A stretch of DNA of 64,000 bases, from sequence record OR644643.1; one strand, given 5' to 3'. Position numbers and translations under genes: made by a program. Under the pieces are notes generated by a model, which had not been told where the DNA came from, did no database searches, and worked only from the letters and a program-made list of their open reading frames with translations. How positions within the stretch are numbered: position 1 is the stretch's first letter; each line of letters opens with the position of its first letter. This DNA is from Klebsiella phage NU-KP11. Positions 35,666 through 45,034 of this stretch are shown in pieces.

Positions 35666-36664
35666 ATGGAACTTAGTGAAAATATTGAAATCATCGAAAC
35701 CAAATACGGTAAAATCTCCCGATCTCCTGATGAATTTGCATGGGATCAGCGCTATCGCCCAACAACGATTGAAGAGTGTATTTTACCTTCTGGTGACAAA
35801 GCCGCTATGCGGGGCATAATCAAATCTGGGCGTGTTGAGAACATGACCCTTGTATCTGATTCCCCTGGCACTGGTAAAACGACCCTCGCGCTTGTGTTGG
35901 CCCGTGAGGTTGATGCTGAGGTGTTCTTTGTCAACGGTTCGAACTGTGGTGTAAACTTCATTCGTAATGAACTGGATCGTTTTGCTTCATCAATGACGCA
36001 GAAACCAGGCGGAAAGATCATCATCATTGATGAATTCGATCGTTCTGGTATGGCGGAAGCACAGAAACACTTGCGTAGCTTTATCGAAGCATACAGTAAA
36101 AACGTTTCTGTTATTGTAACAGCGAACAACATTAACGGTGTGCATAGTGCTCTGCTTTCTCGTTGCCCTCCTGTTAAATTCGGTGTTCCGTCTGATGCTG
36201 AACGTATCGAACTGATGAAACAGTTAATCAAGCGTTGTTTCGGTATCCTTGAAATCGAGAATATCAAGTATGATCCTAAAGTCATTGCAGCGTTTGTTAA
36301 AGAGCATTATCCGGATGCGCGTTCTATTATCAAAGCGATCGGGTTCTACTCGAAACGTGGTGAAATTGATGCGGGGATCCTAAATGAGATCGTTGGTTCT
36401 GATGTGTCTCATATCATTACCCTGTTGAAAGAAAAGAACTATAAAGGGTTGCGCTCTGAGGTTATTAAATATGCGTCAGAATACGATACCTTTATCGGAA
36501 AATTGACTGATACGATTTACCCTATCGTGAATCAGGATTCGAAAATCGCACTGATCCAGATTGTAGGCGAAAACAACGCGCAATACGGGCTGGCAATGAA
36601 TAAAGAAATTCATCTGCAATATCTGTTGATGAACCTGATGCTTTCTATGGTCTGGGAGGCGTAA
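35666..36664 (+). CDS. 44: Clamp loader large subunit gp44 (AAA+)
   Basis: Walker A SPGTGKTT, Walker B IIIIDEFD and a sensor (SRC-like) motif. 332 aa. In T4 order 45-44-62. Confidence 0.85.
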   Translation: MELSENIEIIETKYGKISRSPDEFAWDQRYRPTTIEECILPSGDKAAMRGIIKSGRVENMTLVSDSPGTGKTTLALVLAREVDAEVFFVNGSNCGVNFIRNELDRFASSMTQKPGGKIIIIDEFDRSGMAEAQKHLRSFIEAYSKNVSVIVTANNINGVHSALLSRCPPVKFGVPSDAERIELMKQLIKRCFGILEIENIKYDPKVIAAFVKEHYPDARSIIKAIGFYSKRGEIDAGILNEIVGSDVSHIITLLKEKNYKGLRSEVIKYASEYDTFIGKLTDTIYPIVNQDSKIALIQIVGENNAQYGLAMNKEIHLQYLLMNLMLSMVWEA

Positions 36665-36666
36665 TC

Positions 36667-37230
36667 ATGAGCCTGGCGGAATTTCTGGATGAAGAAGAGT
36701 TATCCCCGCATGAATCCGCTTGGCTTTCTAAAGATTGGGATAAGGTTGAAGAACTGGTCAAAGAGTACGGCAAGGATAAAGAAAACACCTTGTTTAACAT
36801 CATAGACGAAATCAACAACGGTAAAACGCCGTTGGTTATCGATGAAGTGTATGATAAGTACTTTGTAGACAACGCAATGAGCCAGCACATAGACACGATA
36901 TACAACGCGTATGTGATGAATCTGGTAGGCGGTAGTATCTCTGACCAAATGCACTATAACTATTATCTCAACTCTGTTAGGAAGGCTAAACGCTTCGGTG
37001 CATGGGCTAAACTATCGGAAGATTTTGAAGAGAAAATTATTATCGAAATCCTTCGCGAAAAATACAGTGTAAATACACGTACAGCGATGGAATATTTGCA
37101 GGAACTTAAAGACCTCGGAATGTTCGAGGATTGGAAAAGAAAACACGCAAAGGTCGCTCTGTCTTTGTTGGGTATTGTGAAAAACAAAGCTGAACAAAAG
37201 AAATTGGAAAAATTGATTAAACAATGGTGA
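36667..37230 (+). CDS. 62: Clamp loader small subunit gp62
   Basis: 187 aa, the same length as T4 gp62. Makes an ATGA overlap with gene 44. Confidence 0.7.
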   Translation: MSLAEFLDEEELSPHESAWLSKDWDKVEELVKEYGKDKENTLFNIIDEINNGKTPLVIDEVYDKYFVDNAMSQHIDTIYNAYVMNLVGGSISDQMHYNYYLNSVRKAKRFGAWAKLSEDFEEKIIIEILREKYSVNTRTAMEYLQELKDLGMFEDWKRKHAKVALSLLGIVKNKAEQKKLEKLIKQW

Positions 37231-37233
37231 TGT

Positions 37234-37596
37234 ATGTTAGAAATTCAACTAATCAGCGACGATTCTTTTTTAAAGATCCGTGAAACGCTAACCCGTATTG
37301 GTATTGCAAACAACAAAAAGAAAATGCTCTGGCAATCGTGCCACATTCTGAAAAAGCAAGGTAAGTATTTTATCGTGCATTTTAAAGAACTGTTGAAACT
37401 CGATGGTCGTCAAGTCGATATGACGGAAGAAGACGAACTACGCCGGAACAACATTGCGCGACTTCTCGAAGAGTGGGGCATGGTTAAGATCGTAACCCCT
37501 GGGTTGAAGTTTGCAGAAGAAAACAACTTCCGCGTACTGACTCACTCGCAAAAAGCAGATTGGATCCTCAAGTACAAGTACCGGATCGGTCACTAA
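37234..37596 (+). CDS. regA: Translational repressor RegA
   Basis: 120 aa (T4 RegA is 122 aa). MLEIQLISDDSFLKIRETLTRIGI resembles the T4 RegA N-terminus. It follows 62, as in T4. Confidence 0.7.
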   Translation: MLEIQLISDDSFLKIRETLTRIGIANNKKKMLWQSCHILKKQGKYFIVHFKELLKLDGRQVDMTEEDELRRNNIARLLEEWGMVKIVTPGLKFAEENNFRVLTHSQKADWILKYKYRIGH

Positions 37597-37600
37597 TCAA

Positions 37601-37636
37601 AAAGCCCTTGCATTCTTGCAGGGGCTTTGTTATATT
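37601..37636 (+). promoter_or_regulatory. Terminator-promoter module (hairpin containing TTGCAT -35, 17 bp, TGTTATATT)
   Basis: AAAGCCCTTGCAttcTTGCAGGGGCTTTgtTATATT. The hairpin plus T-run follows the regA stop. The -35 TTGCAT lies inside the stem and the T-run runs into the extended -10. Confidence 0.5.
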
Positions 37637-37664
37637 GGGTGTACACCATTGAGAGGGATATATT

Positions 37665-37952
37665 ATGACTATTAACGAAATCATGGATTCAATCAAATCC
37701 AACGAAACTTTGATCATCCCGATTGTAAAAGATGACATCTTGTTATCGTTAACTTGCAATCTGTCAGATACCCGCACTTACAGCTATGCACAACACTACT
37801 TTCCTGGATTTTACGATCGTAACATTTCAGAGTACACGTTGTTATGCAATCAAGTTGAAACCACTCATTTCTATGAGCGTATTAAAAAATCTCTGGACTT
37901 GATCCAACAAGCAAAAGAAGTCTTTATGAAAAGAATGGAGGACGCGCAATGA
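37665..37952 (+). CDS. Hypothetical protein
   Basis: 95-aa ORF inserted between regA and 43, with a GAGAGGG SD. Confidence 0.45.
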   Translation: MTINEIMDSIKSNETLIIPIVKDDILLSLTCNLSDTRTYSYAQHYFPGFYDRNISEYTLLCNQVETTHFYERIKKSLDLIQQAKEVFMKRMEDAQ

Positions 37953-38278
37953 TCCGCACTTACATGAATAAAATTTTCGCGGCCCGTATGGATAACGTTA
38001 TTGATCAACGTGCTTATGATGATCTGGTTTCCCTTGCAACCTGTCAACTGGATGAACATACAGTAACGGAAAGGAAACTACTGGTTAACAAAGCTATCAT
38101 GATGGTTAATCAGGGCATTGCAGAAGCAAAATATCATAGTATCAATTCCAGTATTTTTAGCATGTTATTCGACGGGTTTAAACTTGAACGCCAGCTTGTT
38201 CAACTGAGAAAGATCCGTGACTTGTTAGCAGAAGGTTTGTTGGTTTTAGAACATCGAGTAAACTTGAATTTGCTGTAG
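37949..38278 (+). CDS. Hypothetical protein
   Basis: 109-aa ORF coupled to the preceding gene. Confidence 0.45.
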   Translation: MIRTYMNKIFAARMDNVIDQRAYDDLVSLATCQLDEHTVTERKLLVNKAIMMVNQGIAEAKYHSINSSIFSMLFDGFKLERQLVQLRKIRDLLAEGLLVLEHRVNLNLL

Positions 38279-38324
38279 GTGGTGTTACAATGGAACATTA
38301 TATTAATGGAGAAGACAAGATCCA

Positions 38325-41024
38325 ATGAATGAATTTTACCTATCAGTTGAACAAATGGGAGATACCATTTATGAGCGCTTCGTTGACTCTAACGGCACCG
38401 AACAGGTACGTAAGACGAAATATGCGCCCGTAATGTATCAACACGCTATGAATGGCGTAGAAACCCCATACAAAGACATTTACGGCAAGCCTTGCCTCAA
38501 AAAACAGTTTGACAGCATCAAAGAAGCTAAAAATTGGATGCAGCGTATGCGCGATGTTGGGATGGAAGCGCTAGGTATGGACGATTACCGACTGGCTTAC
38601 ATTTCTGACATGTACCGGAATGAAATCGAATACAACCGCGAACACATTCGCATTGCTTCTATCGATATCGAGGTGACCGCTCCAGAATTTCCGGATCCGC
38701 GTGAAGCAAAATATCCAATCGATGCGATCACCCATTACGATAGCATTGAAGATAAATTCTATGTATACGATCTGGTTGAGGGTGGCCTTGCGGAATGGTG
38801 CGCGGCAAACGTTGATCGCAAAGACATTAGCGAAGAAGATTTAAACAAAATTGTTTATCGGTCTTTCCAGACCGAGAAGTCGTTATTGTCTGCGTATATC
38901 AAAGATTGGAAAGAGCGAACCCCTGTTATTGTAACCGGATGGAACTCTGACAAATTCGATATTGCATATATCATCACGCGATACCTGAACATTTTCGGTC
39001 AAAACGTGGTAAGGCATTTTAGCCCGTTTGGTAAAGTAACCGCCAGAACCACTACTGACGCTTACGGCAACGAACAATTAGGATATGATATTTCCGGCGT
39101 TGCTCAAATGGATGGTATGGCGCTGTATAAGAAATTCAGCTTTACCCCGCAACCGTCTTACCGTCTGGACGCGATCGCGGAATACGAAACTGGTAAAAAT
39201 AAAGTTGAGTATGAAGGTTCCCTGTCTGAACTACGCCAGCGCGATCACCAACTGTACATCACGTACAACATTGTTGACGTTATCCGCGTACTTGATATCG
39301 ACGGTAAACGAAACTTTATTGAACTGGTTCTGTCTGTAGCGTACTATGCAAAAATTAACTTCCCAGGGGTTATGTCTCCGCTGAAAACGTGGGACGCGAT
39401 CATTTATAACTCTCTGCGTGAAGATAAGGTTGTTATTCCGGAAAACAGACGCCATACTAAAACCCCTTACCCTGGGGCATTTGTGAAGGATCCGGTTCCT
39501 GGGCCTTACAAATACATGGTATCGTTTGACTTAACAAGCCTGTACCCTTCCATCATCCGACAGGTGAATATAAGCCCTGAAACGATTATGGGAAGTTTTG
39601 CGGTACGTGCTCTTGAAGAGTATATTAATAAGACCGCGCCGCGCCCTAGCGATGAATTTAGCTGTTCTCCTAACGGGTGGATGTTCCGCCGTGATATCAA
39701 AGGCGTGATCCCAGTAGAGATCAAGAAAGTATTTGATCAGCGTAAGATGTGGAAAAAACGAATGATGGCGGGTGAGCGAAATCTTGAACTCATCAAGCAC
39801 GAACTCGAACACTTAACAGACGCGCATAACCAAATGGTTGATCCTGACTTTGATTTCTATACAGATTTCAGTGATGAATCTAAAGCAGTTCTGAAAACTC
39901 TTACAAAACAAATGCTTAAAGCAGTTAAGCGCGTATGTGAGAAGAAGATCGCACAAGCGAACACAGCACAACTTAACCGTAAGATTTCTATCAACTCCCT
40001 TTATGGTGCGTTGGGTAATGAACACTTCCGATACTTCGATCTACGAAACGCCAGCGCGATCACCATGTTCGGGCAGTTGGCTATCCAGTGGATTGAACGT
40101 AAGGTAAACGAATACCTTAACGACCTGTGCGGTACTACGGATCATGCATATGTGCGGTACTGTGATACTGACTCAATTTATGTTTGCATGGATAACGTGA
40201 TTGCAAAAGTTGGTGGTGAGGCTAAATTTAAGGATAATAACCATTGGGTTGACTTCCTGGATCGCTTTGCTAAAGAAAGAATGGAACCGATGATCGATAA
40301 AGGGTATCGTGAACTTTGCGAATACATGAACAACGTAGAACACCTGATGTTTATGGATCGTGAAATCATTTCTGGGCCTCCGTTGGGTTCCGAAGGGTTG
40401 GGAAGTTTCTGGACTGCTAAAAAACGATATGCGGCTAACGTGTGGGACTCCGAAGGAACCCGCTATGAAAAACCGAAACTGAAAATCATGGGTATGGAAA
40501 CACAGCGATCGAGTACTCCGACCTCTGTGAAAGTATTCCTGAAAGAAGCGATCCGCCGTATCCTGCAAGAAGGTGAATTATCTTTGCACGAACATTATAA
40601 AAAGTTCGAAGAAGAATATAAGGCACTTGACTACAGGGAAATTGCTGGTGTATCATCTGCCAACAACATTTCGAAATATCGTGATGGGGCTGGCTATCCA
40701 ATCAAGGGAACACCAAACCATATTAAAGGGGTGTTGTTCTTTAACCGTTTCACTGCTGGTATTGATGGTGTTACACCAATCATGGAAGGTGAAAAGGTAA
40801 TGGTTCTACCACTAAGGGATAAAAACCCGTGGCAAGCCGATTGCATCGCGTGGCAATCCGGAAATAAACTACCGTCAGAGATCGAAAGTGATATTCTGGC
40901 ATGGGTAGATTATCCGGGTATGTTTGAAAAACATGTTATTAGTCCATTGACTAATATCACGGAAGTATGTAAAATTGATTATGAAAAACGTGCCAGTTTA
41001 AACGATCTGTTCGGTGACTGGTAA
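38325..41024 (+). CDS. 43: DNA polymerase gp43 (family B)
   Basis: 899 aa. Exo I IASIDIEVT, Pol motif A DLTSLYPSII, motif C YCDTDSIYV and the KKRY motif are all present. Confidence 0.95.
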   Translation: MNEFYLSVEQMGDTIYERFVDSNGTEQVRKTKYAPVMYQHAMNGVETPYKDIYGKPCLKKQFDSIKEAKNWMQRMRDVGMEALGMDDYRLAYISDMYRNEIEYNREHIRIASIDIEVTAPEFPDPREAKYPIDAITHYDSIEDKFYVYDLVEGGLAEWCAANVDRKDISEEDLNKIVYRSFQTEKSLLSAYIKDWKERTPVIVTGWNSDKFDIAYIITRYLNIFGQNVVRHFSPFGKVTARTTTDAYGNEQLGYDISGVAQMDGMALYKKFSFTPQPSYRLDAIAEYETGKNKVEYEGSLSELRQRDHQLYITYNIVDVIRVLDIDGKRNFIELVLSVAYYAKINFPGVMSPLKTWDAIIYNSLREDKVVIPENRRHTKTPYPGAFVKDPVPGPYKYMVSFDLTSLYPSIIRQVNISPETIMGSFAVRALEEYINKTAPRPSDEFSCSPNGWMFRRDIKGVIPVEIKKVFDQRKMWKKRMMAGERNLELIKHELEHLTDAHNQMVDPDFDFYTDFSDESKAVLKTLTKQMLKAVKRVCEKKIAQANTAQLNRKISINSLYGALGNEHFRYFDLRNASAITMFGQLAIQWIERKVNEYLNDLCGTTDHAYVRYCDTDSIYVCMDNVIAKVGGEAKFKDNNHWVDFLDRFAKERMEPMIDKGYRELCEYMNNVEHLMFMDREIISGPPLGSEGLGSFWTAKKRYAANVWDSEGTRYEKPKLKIMGMETQRSSTPTSVKVFLKEAIRRILQEGELSLHEHYKKFEEEYKALDYREIAGVSSANNISKYRDGAGYPIKGTPNHIKGVLFFNRFTAGIDGVTPIMEGEKVMVLPLRDKNPWQADCIAWQSGNKLPSEIESDILAWVDYPGMFEKHVISPLTNITEVCKIDYEKRASLNDLFGDW

Positions 41025-41029
41025 ACTCT

Positions 41030-41052
41030 AGGGGCTTCGGCCCCTTTCATTA
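41030..41052 (+). terminator. Intrinsic terminator after gene 43
   Basis: GGGGC-TTCG-GCCCC followed by TTTCATT. Confidence 0.55.
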
Positions 41053-41098
41053 ACTAGTGAGATATATAGAATGAGAATGAATAAATCGGAAAAATTAA

Positions 41099-42256
41099 AT
41101 GTCAAACAAAGCACTACTAAAAAAACTGATCAAAAACTCGAATAGCCAAACTGCATCTGTACTTTCTGAAAGCGACGTATTCAACAATATTACCATCACG
41201 CGAACCCGTGTGCCGATTCTGAATCTGGCGTTGTCCGGTGCGTTTAACGGTGGCCTAACTTCTGGTCTTACCCTTTTCGCTGGCCCGTCCAAACACTTCA
41301 AATCCAACTTGGGTTTGCTGACTGTAGCGGCTTATCTCAAAACGTATGAAGATGCTGTGTGCCTGTTCTACGATTCAGAAAAAGGTGTTACTAAATCCTA
41401 TCTGAAATCAATGGGTGTTGATCCGGATCGTGTTGTGTATACTCGTATCACGACGGTCGAGCAGTTGCGTAATGACGTTGTAAGCCAGCTTAACGCGCTT
41501 GAACGCGGTGATAAGGTGATTGTATTCGTTGACTCAGTAGGCAACACGGCAAGTAAAAAAGAACTTGCTGACGCGCTGTCTGATAACGATAAACAGGATA
41601 TGACGCGAGCAAAAGCATTAAAAGGTATGTTCCGTATGGTTACGCCTTATCTGGCTGACCTGGATATCCCGATGGTTTGTATCTGTCATACCTATGACAC
41701 ACAAGAAATGTACAGCAAGAAAGTTATTTCCGGTGGTACTGGTTTAATGTATTCCGCTGATACTGCGATCATCCTGGGTAAACAACAGGTGAAAGAAGGT
41801 ACTGAGGTAGTGGGTTATGATTTCATCATGAACATCGAAAAATCTCGATTCGTGAAAGAGAAATCAAAATTCCCGCTGCATGTTACCTATGAAGGCGGTA
41901 TTAGTATGTATTCTGGCCTTCTGGATCTGGCAATGGAAATGAACTTTGTACAGACCGTAACCAAAGGCTGGCGCAACCGTGCTTTCCTGAATACCGAGAC
42001 TGGCGAACTCGAAGTTGAAGAAAAGAAATGGCGTGAGTCAGAAACAAATAGCGTTGAATTCTGGCGTCCTCTGTTTACTCATCAACCATTCTTGAAAGCT
42101 ATCGAAGAAAAGTATAAGATCCCTGATCGTGAAATCAGTGATGGTTCCGCGCTGGAAGATTTATACAGCACTGATAGCATCCCAGATCCTGATCTGGATG
42201 ATGACGATATCCCAGAATCATTTGATGATATCGAAGAAGACAACGAAATTTTATAA
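41099..42256 (+). CDS. uvsX: Recombinase UvsX (RecA-like)
   Basis: TRVPILNLALSGAFNGGLTSGLTLFAGPSKHFKSN and CLFYDSEKGVT align with T4 UvsX TKIPMMNIALSGEITGGMQSGLLILAGPSKSFKSN and CLFYDSEFGIT. Acidic C-terminal tail. Confidence 0.92.
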   Translation: MSNKALLKKLIKNSNSQTASVLSESDVFNNITITRTRVPILNLALSGAFNGGLTSGLTLFAGPSKHFKSNLGLLTVAAYLKTYEDAVCLFYDSEKGVTKSYLKSMGVDPDRVVYTRITTVEQLRNDVVSQLNALERGDKVIVFVDSVGNTASKKELADALSDNDKQDMTRAKALKGMFRMVTPYLADLDIPMVCICHTYDTQEMYSKKVISGGTGLMYSADTAIILGKQQVKEGTEVVGYDFIMNIEKSRFVKEKSKFPLHVTYEGGISMYSGLLDLAMEMNFVQTVTKGWRNRAFLNTETGELEVEEKKWRESETNSVEFWRPLFTHQPFLKAIEEKYKIPDREISDGSALEDLYSTDSIPDPDLDDDDIPESFDDIEEDNEIL

Positions 42257-42258
42257 AA

Positions 42259-42276
42259 TATGGGGCTTCGGCCCCA
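42259..42276 (+). other. Stable RNA hairpin AUGGGGC-UUCG-GCCCCAU after the uvsX stop, with no U-run
   Basis: Read directly from the sequence. It is not followed by a T-tract. Confidence 0.45.
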
Positions 42277-42291
42277 TAACCGAGGCAATGT

Positions 42292-42612
42292 ATGGATATC
42301 GAGAGCAAAGCAAAGAATTATATTGATGAAGCGATGAAAGATGTTATTCAGGAACTTCTGATTAACGATGAAAAAGGTGTTGCGCATCTGGTTTATATTC
42401 ATAAGGTGTTTTGGGATCATGGTCTGAAAGTAGAATTCAGTACCCCAGACGAAGACAAAGAAGCGTTGATCCCGCTGGTGCATGATGCAATTTATGCACA
42501 GATTAAAGAGCTTGAAAAGGGTTCAGTTGTCCCAAAGCCTAAGCTGACATTATGGGATGTATTCAAACAAAAGGTTTACAACTTTTTCATGATGTTCAGC
42601 AACCTGGTATAA
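42292..42612 (+). CDS. 40: gp40-like protein (by position)
   Basis: 106-aa ORF between uvsX and 41, where T4 has gene 40. It has a hydrophobic C-terminus. Confidence 0.45.
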   Translation: MDIESKAKNYIDEAMKDVIQELLINDEKGVAHLVYIHKVFWDHGLKVEFSTPDEDKEALIPLVHDAIYAQIKELEKGSVVPKPKLTLWDVFKQKVYNFFMMFSNLV

Positions 42613-42621
42613 GGCAATACA

Positions 42622-44058
42622 ATGATCGTTGATACAATATTTTCTAACCTGATTTATAACGGGACATATTTTGTCCAAGCATGGCCCCATCTGAAAAAGG
42701 AATATTTCGAAGGCAATGCACAAGTTTTGTTTGACCTCATTGATAAACATGTACAGGAATTCAACGGCATTCCGTCAAAAACTGCTTTAGAGGTTGCGCT
42801 TGACAAACGAAATCTAAGTGATGTAGTCTACGAAGACACGAAAAAGGCGATTCAGTCGCTGAAAAATGCGCCAGAAGATTTAGATTGGCTAATGAAGGAA
42901 ACGGAAACATATTGCAAAGATAAAGCAATGTATCGTGCTCTTTCTCGTGCAATCGAAATCCAGGCGAACGCAGAAAAACCACTGGCAGAACAAAACAAGA
43001 AACTTCCTGGTGTTGGGGCTATCCCTGAAATCATGGAGGAAGCATTAGCAATTTCATTCGATAGTTCAGTAGGTCATGACTATTTCGAAGATTATGAAAA
43101 ACGGTGGATGCTTTACCAATCGAAGGCGATGAAAATTCCGTTTGGTATCCCGATCCTGAACGCAATCACCAAAGGCGGCGCGGAACGTGGTACACTGAAT
43201 ATCATCATGGCTGGTGTTAACGTTGGTAAATCACTGGGCTTATGTTCTCTTGCGGCTGATTATCTGCAACAGGGTAAAAACGTTCTTTACATTTCTATGG
43301 AAATGGCAGAGCATGTTTGCTCTAAGCGTATCGATGCTAACCTTCTTGATGTGACTATGGATGACATCGACGAAGGGAACATTACATACGCAGACTATAA
43401 GAACAAAATGGAGCGCCTTAAAGCGGGTAAGGTTGGGCGTTTGGTGGTCAAGCAGTACCCTACATCGGGTGCGGGTGCAAACCACTTTAGAGCGCTTGTG
43501 AAAGAGCTTAAATTGAAGAAACAGTTTGTGCCGGATGTGATCATTGTCGATTACCTGGGGATCTGTACTTCAACCCGCGTTAAAGGTGCTGAAAATACCT
43601 ATATTCTGGTTAAAGCAATTGCCGAAGAACTACGCGGTCTTGCTGTTGAAACTAATACCGTAATGTGGACAGGCGCACAGGTTGGGCGTTCTGCATGGGA
43701 TAGTTCGGATGTGAGTATGGGTGATGTTGCGGAATCCGCTGGTTTACCTGCTACGGCTGATTTTATGTTAGCTGTAATCGAGACGGAAGAGTTAGCTGAT
43801 CAGGGTATGCAACTGTTCAAGCAAATCAAATCCCGTTATGGCGATAAGAACACTTTCAACAAGTTCAAGTTGGAAGTTCGCAAGGGTAATCAGCGCTGGA
43901 TGGATACCGACAACAGCGAATACGGGTTTAAATCTGACTACCACGGCAACACTATGCCTAAAACAGTAGAACAGACACAAGGCCCGATGATTAAACAGGC
44001 TGAATCTACCAGACGTGAAAAAATGGCACAGATTGCAAAATCTGACATTCAATTTTAA
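42622..44058 (+). CDS. 41: Replicative DNA helicase gp41 (DnaB-like)
   Basis: 478 aa. Walker A GVNVGKS. It has a DnaB-family arrangement. It follows uvsX-40, as in T4. Confidence 0.85.
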   Translation: MIVDTIFSNLIYNGTYFVQAWPHLKKEYFEGNAQVLFDLIDKHVQEFNGIPSKTALEVALDKRNLSDVVYEDTKKAIQSLKNAPEDLDWLMKETETYCKDKAMYRALSRAIEIQANAEKPLAEQNKKLPGVGAIPEIMEEALAISFDSSVGHDYFEDYEKRWMLYQSKAMKIPFGIPILNAITKGGAERGTLNIIMAGVNVGKSLGLCSLAADYLQQGKNVLYISMEMAEHVCSKRIDANLLDVTMDDIDEGNITYADYKNKMERLKAGKVGRLVVKQYPTSGAGANHFRALVKELKLKKQFVPDVIIVDYLGICTSTRVKGAENTYILVKAIAEELRGLAVETNTVMWTGAQVGRSAWDSSDVSMGDVAESAGLPATADFMLAVIETEELADQGMQLFKQIKSRYGDKNTFNKFKLEVRKGNQRWMDTDNSEYGFKSDYHGNTMPKTVEQTQGPMIKQAESTRREKMAQIAKSDIQF

Positions 44059-44063
44059 TTGAC

Positions 44064-44080
44064 TGGGGCGAATAGCCCCA
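44064..44080 (+). other. RNA hairpin UGGGGC-GAAUA-GCCCCA after gene 41
   Basis: Read directly from the sequence. No clear U-run follows. Confidence 0.4.
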
Positions 44081-44101
44081 TAAAGAATGTAAGGTAATGA
44101 A

Positions 44102-44371
44102 ATGACTAAGACTATAACGATTCCGATTCCGGCTATCAAACTGCTGACTGGACTAACTCTGATTTTTGCAGCCGCTAAAGTGTTTGGCTTCTCGCAAATG
44201 TCATGGTTCTGGGTTCTCTTCCCAGTTCTATTACCCGTCTACATTGTTGTAGGCGTTGTGTTGGTGGGTATTGCGATCTATCTGCTGTTCTCACTGATTT
44301 CCAGTGACAAGGCCGAAGATATGTATCGCTGGGTAAAAGCCAAATACGAAAAATTTTTCAAAAAATCGTAA
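44102..44371 (+). CDS. Hypothetical small membrane protein
   Basis: 89 aa with two TM segments. Confidence 0.45.
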   Translation: MTKTITIPIPAIKLLTGLTLIFAAAKVFGFSQMSWFWVLFPVLLPVYIVVGVVLVGIAIYLLFSLISSDKAEDMYRWVKAKYEKFFKKS

Positions 44372-44378
44372 AAAGGTA

Positions 44379-44406
44379 TTGACCTGAATCTCCATTGTGG
44401 TAATAT
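44379..44406 (+). promoter_or_regulatory. Sigma70-like promoter (TTGACC-16-TAATAT)
   Basis: TTGACCtgaatctccattgtggTAATAT, upstream of the 44451 ORF (AAAGGAG SD). Confidence 0.5.
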
Positions 44407-44450
44407 AACTCACGTAGACAAGATACTGAGTTAAACAAAGGAGATTCAAA

Positions 44451-44705
44451 ATGAACGTATTCAACAACCCTTACAACGAAATGCTGAACCCGAATGTTGA
44501 TTTCAGCGATGGTTATTTTGACGCAATCGTAAACAGCATCAAAAACAAAGGTTTACTGTTAGCGATGCTGGAAAAAGGTAAAGATGACGTTGAAGGAAGT
44601 GTTGATTTCCTCTGGAACTTCCTCCCTATCGAACCTGGTTTCAAAGTTGGTTGTAATGAGGAACAAGCGAAAAACGTTCTTCGGTATCTCATCAATAACG
44701 CATAA
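44451..44705 (+). CDS. Hypothetical protein
   Basis: 84-aa ORF with its own promoter and SD, followed by a strong terminator. Confidence 0.5.
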   Translation: MNVFNNPYNEMLNPNVDFSDGYFDAIVNSIKNKGLLLAMLEKGKDDVEGSVDFLWNFLPIEPGFKVGCNEEQAKNVLRYLINNA

Positions 44706-44712
44706 AAAATTA

Positions 44713-44734
44713 AGCCCCGAAAGGGGCTTTTTTG
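44713..44734 (+). terminator. Intrinsic terminator
   Basis: GCCCC-GAAA-GGGGC followed by TTTTTT. Confidence 0.65.
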
Positions 44735-44746
44735 TATCTGTAGGTA

Positions 44747-45034
44747 TTGCATTCTTTCGCAAAAGATGATACCTTAATCATAACAAAGGAGGACATTATG
44801 AAAATCGCATTCGTTATCACTTTCTTACTTGCAGCACTCAACATCGTAACTGGTAATTCTTTTAGTTGGTGGGTGGTGGCAATGCCTTACATTTTCGTGT
44901 ATAGCAAAATCATGGTGATTGCTGGCGTGAATCTTGTCCTTGCTATCTTACTATTTGTATTCGCCGCCCTGAATGGTGAAGCAGGTTCTACCTGGAAAGC
45001 CATGAAAGAGGGTGTTAAAGAGGGTTTGAAATGA
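44747..45034 (+). CDS. Hypothetical small membrane protein
   Basis: 95 aa with two TM segments and an AAAGGAGG SD. Confidence 0.5.
   Translation: MHSFAKDDTLIITKEDIMKIAFVITFLLAALNIVTGNSFSWWVVAMPYIFVYSKIMVIAGVNLVLAILLFVFAALNGEAGSTWKAMKEGVKEGLK

Noticed and set aside
35752-36285. 177-aa minus-strand ORF inside gene 44
   Set aside because: It lies entirely antisense to the clamp-loader gene, which has unambiguous AAA+ motifs.
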